Below, in pieces: positions 56,654 through 64,000 of a stretch of DNA of 64,000 nt. Each line of letters starts with the position of its first letter. Within the stretch, counting starts at the first letter, position 1. The translations under genes and the position numbers were made by a program. The stretch spans positions 30,958 to 94,957 of the forward strand of contig JBAZSX010000007.1 in assembly GCA_041662225.1 (NCBI GenBank), given 5' to 3'. The notes beneath the pieces are model-generated. The model was not told the DNA's origin, did not search any database, and saw nothing but the letters and a program-made list of their open reading frames with translations. The stretch is from Sulfurimonas sp. GTDB taxonomy: Bacteria > Campylobacterota > Campylobacteria > Campylobacterales > Sulfurimonadaceae.

Positions 56654-58228
56654 TTAATGGTGTCCTTTGGTATGTTTGAGAAGTTTTTTTGCCAAGAAAG
56701 GAGTAAAAACATAAGCTACAAAAAGTGATACGGCAAGCGCAACGGGAACATTCAAAGGGATAGGAAGCATAAACTGTCCCATCATTCCACCGACAAAAGC
56801 CATGGGTATCATGGTAAGCATAATCGCGATTGTTGCTATATTTGTTGAGGGTCCAATCTCATCTGTAGCTTCGATGATAATCTGGTCAAAATTTTTATGC
56901 ACAGACTCTTTGAGGTGCATCCGCCTATGTATATTTTCGATAACAATAATAGCATCATCCACAATAAGCCCTAAGCTAAGTAAAAAGGCAAAAAGTGTAA
57001 TCCTGTTGATGGTTTGATCCGTCATCATGGCAATAAAAAGTGTAGCTGCGAGTATCATGGGCACCGCAATCGTTACAACAAGAGATTCTCTCCAACCCAA
57101 AAAAGGGATGAGAATAAGAGATATTATGGCAATGGTTAAAACAAGGTGATGCACAAGCTCATTTACCGCCTCGTTTGCCCTCTCTCCATAATTTCTGGTA
57201 ACAATATACCCCAGACCATTCTTTCCTAGCTCCTCTTCATTCTCTTTTAATGTTTCTATAACACTTTCAGCCAAATGAACAGCGTTCGTTCCTTTTAGCT
57301 TTGAAATAGTCATAGTAACTTGGTCCTGACTCTCCGAAAATGGAGAGCCGTCTGCTTGATAGTTGATAAAAGCCTCTTGATAATTTTGTATATCGTAAAA
57401 GTATTTAACATCGGCAATATCTTTGAGATAGATAAGAGAATCCATATATTTTGCGATAATGAGATTTTGGAGGTCTTCTATATCGTTGATGGCATTTTTA
57501 ACTCCAAACACTATGAGCCGATTCTCTTTTGTCGGCAAATCAACTTCCGGAGAGTTTTTTGCGATTGCTTGGATAGATTGAACCACTTGACCGATGGAGA
57601 TATGATAACCTGAGAGTTTATCAAGGTCTAAAAGAACATTGAATTGCGGTTTCTTTGCCCCTTTTAAAGTGGTTTTTGAAATATGCTCAATAGAATTTAT
57701 ATCTTGCTGAATATCTTTGATCTGTTTATAGAGAACAATATGGTCAATCCCTTTCTCCTCCTTTTTGTAAAAGGCAACCGTTACTATAGGAACATCAATA
57801 TCAATATCAAAAGGTTTCACGAGTGGCATCATGGCTCCACCCGGCAGTGAGTCCATGTTCTGCATAACTTTGTCATAGAGCTTTAGGTTTGAGGATTCTC
57901 TATCTTGACCGATATCATATTGTATGTTCAACATTCCGACATTGTGCATGGCAGTACTGTAAATATCTTTTATACCCTTTATTTCGCTTATTCTTCTCTC
58001 TAAGGGTTTTAAAATAGCATTGTTTATCTCATCCGGTGAAGCACCCGGCATGGGAACAATTATAGAACCGCCGCTTACTGCAATTTGCGGGTCTTCTTCT
58101 CTGGGCATAACGACTAAAGAGATATAACCCAAAGAGAGAATAGAAAATGCAAGAATAGCGGTGAGAGGGTTGTTTAAAAACCCTTTTGCTAAGTGCCCTG
58201 CAATGTTATTTATCTTGTATGGTTTCAT
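56654..58228 (-). CDS. RND permease, N-terminal half
   Basis: PREEDPQI, GASPDEI, INRITLFAFLLSLGLIVDDAIIVIENI motifs. Confidence 0.88.
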   Translation of the reverse strand: MKPYKINNIAGHLAKGFLNNPLTAILAFSILSLGYISLVVMPREEDPQIAVSGGSIIVPMPGASPDEINNAILKPLERRISEIKGIKDIYSTAMHNVGMLNIQYDIGQDRESSNLKLYDKVMQNMDSLPGGAMMPLVKPFDIDIDVPIVTVAFYKKEEKGIDHIVLYKQIKDIQQDINSIEHISKTTLKGAKKPQFNVLLDLDKLSGYHISIGQVVQSIQAIAKNSPEVDLPTKENRLIVFGVKNAINDIEDLQNLIIAKYMDSLIYLKDIADVKYFYDIQNYQEAFINYQADGSPFSESQDQVTMTISKLKGTNAVHLAESVIETLKENEEELGKNGLGYIVTRNYGERANEAVNELVHHLVLTIAIISLILIPFLGWRESLVVTIAVPMILAATLFIAMMTDQTINRITLFAFLLSLGLIVDDAIIVIENIHRRMHLKESVHKNFDQIIIEATDEIGPSTNIATIAIMLTMIPMAFVGGMMGQFMLPIPLNVPVALAVSLFVAYVFTPFLAKKLLKHTKGHH

Positions 58229-58980
58229 TTGATTCCTAAATAGTTGTCATGTGCAGCTTCCAGAGAACTTATAATCTCTTTAATATCACTCTTTTCCAAG
58301 AGTATTTCGGGGGTATCATTCTCAATATTTTTTAAAAAATTACCCTCTTTTTGTCCAACACCCATCAGCGCAATATTGGTCACTAGCCAATCACTCTTTC
58401 TTAGTTTTGCTCGGTCTATTACAGTGTTCACAAATTCATCTTTTTTGCTAAACATCTGTTCTTGAAGTTTTGTCAGATTTTGATTTTGATGTTCATCTAA
58501 CCCATAAGCGTTTAACTTGCCTATCATATAAGGAGTGACTTTATAATTGCTCGGTAATTTTACAAATCTTTTTGATTGAAAAAGATTTATTTTTTCATTA
58601 TCAAACATCATATAAGCGTTAATTTGTATGTCGTAAAAATCACTCTTTTTGCTTAACTCTAAAAATTTTTCAATTTTCGATATTTCATCCAAGTTAAAAT
58701 GTGTTGAGTATTTACGATTAAAATCTTCATCTTTATCTTGAGAAAGTGTTGCCACATAATCAACCCTTGACTGAACATATTTAACCGCAGCTAGATTAAT
58801 TTTTTTATTATCAAATTGATAAAAATTTGTCAGCTTCTCATCTATACCGCTTAAGCGAAACAACCCAACTACTAAAGCTATTAAAATTGATGATAACAGC
58901 AATAACTTAACATTTTCTATAACTTTCATTTCAATCCTTTTGCATCCCTTTTGATAAGAAGATTTTATATCAATACGCAT
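58225..58980 (-). CDS. Single-TM hypothetical protein coupled to the RND genes
   Basis: Hydrophobic LLLLSSILIALVVGLF; 4-bp overlap with the next gene; no MFP motifs recognised. Confidence 0.6.
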   Translation of the reverse strand: MRIDIKSSYQKGCKRIEMKVIENVKLLLLSSILIALVVGLFRLSGIDEKLTNFYQFDNKKINLAAVKYVQSRVDYVATLSQDKDEDFNRKYSTHFNLDEISKIEKFLELSKKSDFYDIQINAYMMFDNEKINLFQSKRFVKLPSNYKVTPYMIGKLNAYGLDEHQNQNLTKLQEQMFSKKDEFVNTVIDRAKLRKSDWLVTNIALMGVGQKEGNFLKNIENDTPEILLEKSDIKEIISSLEAAHDNYLGIK

Positions 58981-59132
58981 AAAAAAACAACACTATCTAT
59001 TTGTTATGCGAATATTAATTAGAAATCTTACTTTATTACACAAAGTTAATATAAATAATAAAAAATAATAACAATCTTATGAATATATATTGAATAAATT
59101 GATATGCTTACAATATAGAAAAAAATTAAAGG

Positions 59133-59756
59133 GTGTTTATGAAAAATGTGCTGATGACGACTATCTTAATGTTTGGGTTAAGCCTTACTCTTAATGCAAA
59201 AGATGTTGATGGAAATATACTTATTGTAAAAGATAATTTATCGTATGAAAAAGATAAGAATGAAGTTTTTACAGGAAATGCTTACTTCTTTTTTGAAGAC
59301 GGCAAAACAAAAAAAATCGTACCTTACTACCAAGGACAAATGGACGGTAGATTGACAGAGTGGCGAAGTGATGGAGCTATAAAAACTGTTGCTTATTTTA
59401 GAAAGGGCAAACAAGACGGTGAATATATCGGTAATTATGACAATGATAAAAAAGCTGTAGTAGCTTACTTTAAAGAGGGACTGCAAAACGGGGAAGTCGC
59501 TACTTGGTATGAAAACGGCAGAAAAAAAAGCAGTTCATATTTTAAAAATGATCTTCAGGACGGGGAGTATAAAACTTGGCATGAGAATGGAAATTTAGCA
59601 TCTCAAGGGCTCTATATAAGCGGTAAAAAAGACGGCATTCAAAAAAAATGGCATGAGAATGGACAGCTAGGCTATAAAGCTTTTTTCAGCAACGGCAACA
59701 TTATGGGAGAAATTGACATTTGGGATCAAAATGGCGTTTATGTGCCAAAAAAATAG
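59133..59756 (+). CDS. Secreted MORN-variant repeat protein (YwqK-like)
   Basis: Signal peptide; repeated G...G....WYENG.K units. Confidence 0.85.
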   Translation: MFMKNVLMTTILMFGLSLTLNAKDVDGNILIVKDNLSYEKDKNEVFTGNAYFFFEDGKTKKIVPYYQGQMDGRLTEWRSDGAIKTVAYFRKGKQDGEYIGNYDNDKKAVVAYFKEGLQNGEVATWYENGRKKSSSYFKNDLQDGEYKTWHENGNLASQGLYISGKKDGIQKKWHENGQLGYKAFFSNGNIMGEIDIWDQNGVYVPKK

Positions 59757-59795
59757 TATATAATTTCGCCTTTATCTAATATACTAGGAAGAAAC

Positions 59796-60926
59796 ATGCA
59801 AATTTCAAGAGGCACCTCATTGTGCACTGCAAACTTTATTGTTATTTCTATGATTCCCTCACTATTCTTTTTAGCGATAGTGATGGGATACATGGGCATA
59901 ATTCCACTTAATGTACCACTCTCTTCCGTCTTGATTATTGGATTTATTTTACTTACCTTCTTAATGTTTACTAAACATAATGCTAATTACAGTATTTGTA
60001 AAATGCGCTCTTCTTATATAAAGATGGAGCATGCTTTGAATTCTAAACTAGAGGCAAACTCTTTAGTTATCAATAGCGAGAGAAAATCTGTGCTTGATAT
60101 TGGAGATTTTTTAAATCACTATTATGCAGATATTAGGAATAACAACTTTGTGGCGGTTGCGGCATCCATATTTCCTATGTTGGGAATATTAGGGACATTT
60201 TTAGCAATCTCTATCTCGATGCCTACTTTTTCAGTTTCAGATACTACGGCTCTTGATCATGATATATCTATTCTTTTAAGTGGTGTTGGCTCTGCATTCT
60301 ATGCTTCTATCTATGGAATTCTGCTCTCTCTTATATGGACATATTTTGAAAAAAGCGGTCTTAGCAAGATTGACCACTACTTTGCAGCTATAAAAGAAAG
60401 ATTTAAATCAAATGTATGGTCAAATGATGAGTTGACAATCTATAAATATTCACAATATGAACTCAAAGACAATAGATTTCTTACGGCATTGCGTGAAACA
60501 TTTAATCTTGATTTCGTCAAGACACTCAACGAGCAGCATTTATCAAGTTTTAAAGAGATTATGCATGAAAGTAACTATAACTTTACGCAAATATCAAGCC
60601 ATCTTCAATATGCATCCAAAGAGCTAAAAGAGACACTTTCTTTGATGGATAATAATCAAAGTGCGCAAGAAGCGAAAAATCAGATAGAGAAGAATTTATT
60701 AGACTTTACCTATGCAACAAAAAATCTTGAAAAGAGCACTAAAATATTTAATGCACATCTTACGACTTCACTTGATAAAACATTTGAAAAGATTGATGCA
60801 GAAATAGGCGATATAGTTATAAAATTGGCAGATTTCGCAACACATGTGAGCTTAGAGAGCAAAGAGGTTCAAGATAGTGTAAAAAAATATCATCAGATGA
60901 TAGCTAGTCAGATAAAAGCTCAGTAA
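59796..60926 (+). CDS. MotA/TolQ/ExbB-family protein with cytoplasmic helical tail (ZorA-like)
   Basis: FPMLGILGTF and AFYASIYGI TM motifs, followed by a ~190-aa helical tail. Confidence 0.8.
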   Translation: MQISRGTSLCTANFIVISMIPSLFFLAIVMGYMGIIPLNVPLSSVLIIGFILLTFLMFTKHNANYSICKMRSSYIKMEHALNSKLEANSLVINSERKSVLDIGDFLNHYYADIRNNNFVAVAASIFPMLGILGTFLAISISMPTFSVSDTTALDHDISILLSGVGSAFYASIYGILLSLIWTYFEKSGLSKIDHYFAAIKERFKSNVWSNDELTIYKYSQYELKDNRFLTALRETFNLDFVKTLNEQHLSSFKEIMHESNYNFTQISSHLQYASKELKETLSLMDNNQSAQEAKNQIEKNLLDFTYATKNLEKSTKIFNAHLTTSLDKTFEKIDAEIGDIVIKLADFATHVSLESKEVQDSVKKYHQMIASQIKAQ

Positions 60927-62042
60927 ATGTTTTACAAAAACGAAAATGATGATAACACAAACTTCTGGATATCGTATGCTGACCTTATGGCAGGCTTGCT
61001 TTTTGTTTTTATTCTGCTTATCGGTGCAATAGTTGTAAAATCAATCGTGCTCAAAACAAATCTCGATAAGAAAGAGAGCTCTTTGGAGAGTTCAACTCAA
61101 ATGCTGCTTTTAAGAGACACGGAAGTGCAAAAACTGAAGAAATTACTCGAAGCAAGAATGAGTGAACTCAAAAGTACAAAAGATGCCTTGATTTTGACAA
61201 GAGATTCTCTCAAGTTAAAAACGGAAGAGATAGAGAATTTGAATAATATTTTACTGTCGCAAAATATGAAAGTTGATGATTTCAACTCTAAAATTATAAT
61301 CATACAAAATCTACTCAACGAAACAAACACAAGCTTGAGCAATCAGAACAAAAAGTTACAAGATTATGAGGACAAAGTTTTAATACTCTCCAATGAATTA
61401 AGTGGCAAAAATGAAACACTAAAACTAAAAGATAAAGAGCTTTTAGATCTATTACAAGCAATAGAGCAGAAGCAGACAAAGTATGATGTGCTCATAGCAA
61501 AACTTCAAGCACAAAAAGCTAAAATCAAAGGTTTGACAGGCATAAAAATAAAGCTTATTGCAGAACTAAAAGAGAGTCTCGGAAAAAATGTTGAGATTGA
61601 CCCAAAAAGTGGCTCTTTAAGATTAGCATCCAATATATTATTTGACAAAGGAAGTGCCGAGTTAAAGGAGTCATCCAAAATTGAGCTGAAAAAAGTTTTT
61701 ATTGATTATATCGGAGCTTTGATAGCAAATAAAAGTATAAAATCTCAGCTTGATAGGATAAGCATAGAAGGGCATACGGACAGCGATGGAGGATATCTAT
61801 ATAACTTAAACCTCTCCCAACAAAGAGCATATGCGGTTATGAACTATCTTTTAACACTAGATTTTACTAACGATAACAATCTTAAGCCTCTTTTAGTGGC
61901 AAGCGGTCGCTCGTATCAAGACACTATTTACAATAAAGACATGGTAGAAGACAAAGATGCTTCAAGAAGGATTGAGATTAAATTTAGCTTGAGAAATGAT
62001 GATGCTATGGATGAAATTGGTAGGTTGCTAGATTTTGAATAA
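60927..62042 (+). CDS. MotB/OmpA-family protein with long coiled coil (ZorB-like)
   Basis: FWISYADLMAGLL (conserved Asp TM); IEGHTDS, NLNLSQQRA and RRIEI motifs. Confidence 0.85.
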   Translation: MFYKNENDDNTNFWISYADLMAGLLFVFILLIGAIVVKSIVLKTNLDKKESSLESSTQMLLLRDTEVQKLKKLLEARMSELKSTKDALILTRDSLKLKTEEIENLNNILLSQNMKVDDFNSKIIIIQNLLNETNTSLSNQNKKLQDYEDKVLILSNELSGKNETLKLKDKELLDLLQAIEQKQTKYDVLIAKLQAQKAKIKGLTGIKIKLIAELKESLGKNVEIDPKSGSLRLASNILFDKGSAELKESSKIELKKVFIDYIGALIANKSIKSQLDRISIEGHTDSDGGYLYNLNLSQQRAYAVMNYLLTLDFTNDNNLKPLLVASGRSYQDTIYNKDMVEDKDASRRIEIKFSLRNDDAMDEIGRLLDFE

Positions 62043-62208
62043 ATTTGAAGCAAAGAATATTCATATAGCATCTGAATATCTAAAAAATAAGTTAAATGCA
62101 TTTAAGAAAGTGGAGAAGAACAATATAAAAAGTGAAAATGTCTATATTGTTGAAGGAAAAAAAGAGTCACTCTTTAAACGAGTAATCAATTTAATATTTA
62201 AGTCTTAG
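62035..62208 (+). CDS. Candidate 57-aa ORF below the track cut-off
   Basis: TTG start overlapping the ZorB-like stop; fills the intergenic gap; weak RBS. Confidence 0.35.
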   Translation: MNKFEAKNIHIASEYLKNKLNAFKKVEKNNIKSENVYIVEGKKESLFKRVINLIFKS

Positions 62209-62212
62209 GATT

Positions 62213-62896
62213 CTACAATAGCTGAAAAATATAGCTGTCATCGCTATTTTTCACATTATATCTATAGTAACCGTCTAATTCAATAACAACTCTATAGTAG
62301 CCATCGTGATTTCCTACTCTTATCTTTGTAAAGACATTTTCTGTGATATCTTGCTCGTAGAATTTTACATCTTTGCTGCTTTTAAAATCTATCACAATCC
62401 TATGTGGTTGAACAAGCAGAAAGCTTCTTATGATTTTATCATTGGTAACAATTTTAAAATATTTTTCCGATGAAAAAAAACTTGCATATTCGAAAGAGGC
62501 TATTTTTTGATATTTATCCCCATTCTTCACAACATGTTCTTCTGTTTTTACTATCTCTTTTTTCTCAGAATCTTTTTTTACATTCTCTTCTTGAGGGTTA
62601 TCATTAGAACTATAGTTTTGAGATATGAAAATTGGCTTATGCCAATCAACAGAATTCTCCAGCTGGATAGTTTTATTCTCTTGCGAACCATCAAGATTTT
62701 TATACTGTATTGTTACACCCTGAAGAACTCTTGCTTGTGGAGGAAGTGCAATAGTTGCTTTTTTTAGCGGCAACACAACTGCACTTTCATTTGTGGTGTA
62801 TGGAATATCCTTTTCGCCATCAGAAGGGAAAAAAGGATTTTCTCGAGCATCTAATATACCAATAATAATAAATGCAATTAGCAGTATTTTCACCAC
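62213..62896 (-). CDS. AMIN-domain protein
   Basis: ARENPF N-terminus; PHRIVIDF and GNHDGYYRVVIELDG motifs. Confidence 0.85.
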   Translation of the reverse strand: MVKILLIAFIIIGILDARENPFFPSDGEKDIPYTTNESAVVLPLKKATIALPPQARVLQGVTIQYKNLDGSQENKTIQLENSVDWHKPIFISQNYSSNDNPQEENVKKDSEKKEIVKTEEHVVKNGDKYQKIASFEYASFFSSEKYFKIVTNDKIIRSFLLVQPHRIVIDFKSSKDVKFYEQDITENVFTKIRVGNHDGYYRVVIELDGYYRYNVKNSDDSYIFQLL

Positions 62897-62928
62897 TTCA
62901 ACCCTTATTTTTTTATTTATTATATCAT

Positions 62929-63207
62929 TTATTGTGTGGAAATCTCTTTTAGTTCAAAATACTCTCTTTGAAGTTCTGCATTATCATTTTTAAGTCTATT
63001 AATCTCAGATTGAAGGTAATTTTCATAATCTTGAAGCCCAAAGAGAACTTCAAGAGAGTTTGTTCCATACAGCACGGCACCAAGATAAACACCCAGCCCT
63101 AATACAAGTAAAATAAGAATCAGAAATTTTGCTAACGTCAATCCCAGATATTTTTGAGTAAAGCTCTGAGATGAGACATTTTCTTCATATAACTCTTCTA
63201 TATTCAT
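62929..63207 (-). CDS. Septum formation initiator / FtsB-like protein
   Basis: TM plus coiled coil (GTNSLEVL...LKNDNAELQREYFELK); directly downstream of eno. Confidence 0.75.
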   Translation of the reverse strand: MNIEELYEENVSSQSFTQKYLGLTLAKFLILILLVLGLGVYLGAVLYGTNSLEVLFGLQDYENYLQSEINRLKNDNAELQREYFELKEISTQ

Positions 63208-63218
63208 TTGGATAAAGC

Positions 63219-64000
63219 TTAATTAAACAGCGTTGAACCTAAATACTCGCCATACATAACCTCATTTTCTATCTCCAAAAGACGGTTGTATTTTGCAGTT
63301 CTCTCACCTCTGGCAGTTGATCCTGTTTTAATTTCTCCACAGTTAAGAGCCACTGCGAAGTCGGCGATAAAAGCATCTTCACTCTCTCCGGAACGGTGGC
63401 TCATAACGCACTTATATCCATTTCTTTGTGCAAGTCTTACCGTTTGCATAGTTTCACTTACAGAGCCAATTTGATTTGGTTTAATAAGTATAGAGTTTGC
63501 GATACCCTTTTTGATACCTTCATTTAATATACCGGCATTTGTAACAAACAGATCATCTCCGACTATCTGAACTTTATCACCCAATTTTTCTGTTAAAATT
63601 TTCCATCCATCCCAGTCGTCTTCACTTAAACCATCTTCAATAGAAACTATTGGATATTTAGAACATAGGTCAACATAGTAGTCAACTAATTCAGCAGAGG
63701 ATACTGTTCTGTTTTCAGAATCTAGTCTGTATCCACCCTCTGTTACCAACTCAGAAGCAGCAACATCAAGTGCAATTCCCATCTGCGAGCCGGCTTTGTA
63801 TCCTGCTTTTTCAATAGCTTCCATAATGATTTGAATCGGCTCTTCATTTGAGCCTAAATCCGGTGCAAAACCACCTTCATCGCCAAGAGCAGTATTATGT
63901 TTTTTAGCCTTTAGAATTGCTTTGAGGTGATGATAAACTTCAGAACTAGCTTGAAGAGCAGTAGCAAAATCATCAAATCCGATTGGCATAATCATGTACT
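63219..64000 (-). CDS. eno: Enolase, 5'-truncated by the window edge
   Basis: [31 protein letters not shown] and MSHRSGE motifs. Confidence 0.97.
   Translation of the reverse strand, partial: YMIMPIGFDDFATALQASSEVYHHLKAILKAKKHNTALGDEGGFAPDLGSNEEPIQIIMEAIEKAGYKAGSQMGIALDVAASELVTEGGYRLDSENRTVSSAELVDYYVDLCSKYPIVSIEDGLSEDDWDGWKILTEKLGDKVQIVGDDLFVTNAGILNEGIKKGIANSILIKPNQIGSVSETMQTVRLAQRNGYKCVMSHRSGESEDAFIADFAVALNCGEIKTGSTARGERTAKYNRLLEIENEVMYGEYLGSTLFN

Noticed and set aside
59133-59756. YwqK-type antitoxin / toxin-antitoxin call
   Set aside because: No adjacent toxin gene; MORN-variant repeats alone do not imply immunity function.
12517-63474. Numerous 60-270 aa ORFs nested in or antisense to recognised genes (e.g. 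51669-52490, 24004-24321, 45060-45416)
   Set aside because: Shadow frames of well-supported genes, with no independent motifs or RBS.

Overview
An AT-rich bacterial chromosome segment whose gene content and promoter style point to Campylobacterota, probably Sulfurimonas-like (inference). From left to right: (1) a 5'-truncated LapD-like GGDEF/EAL gene; (2) a 4,646-bp integrated element with 17-bp att repeats, inserted in the last codons of a small membrane-protein gene. It encodes a tyrosine integrase, an excisionase-like HTH, a P2 gpA-type rolling-circle HUH replicase, two ribbon-helix-helix proteins and one two-TM cargo gene, with no virion or transfer genes; (3) a heme-c MCP; (4) a c-di-GMP-I riboswitch ahead of a repeat-containing lipoprotein; (5) a RelE/ParE toxin-antitoxin islet at the 3' end of tRNA-Ser(GGA); (6) cobU/cobS/cobC, yajQ, an anchor-less Sdh/Frd AB pair, purT and fliK-flgD-flgE2-flgE; (7) a ~14-kb cell-surface cluster (25.4-39.2 kb) with paralogous SPOR/beta-barrel proteins, a FlgP-like protein, three lipoproteins sharing a C-terminal domain I cannot name, a 1271-aa secreted protein, tandem PglB-type sequons, an MNT-HEPN pair and candidate sigma54/sigma28 promoters; (8) housekeeping and stress genes: dnaG, rpsU, a metal-uptake operon without an ATPase, ppsA, hsp20, rubrerythrin-Bfd-DPSL, a split RND transporter, a ZorAB-like stator pair and a truncated eno. 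Two short intergenic repeat families recur. The most promising undescribed systems are the rolling-circle integrative element and the apparently flagellum-regulated surface cluster. All family assignments come from motif reading, not database searches.
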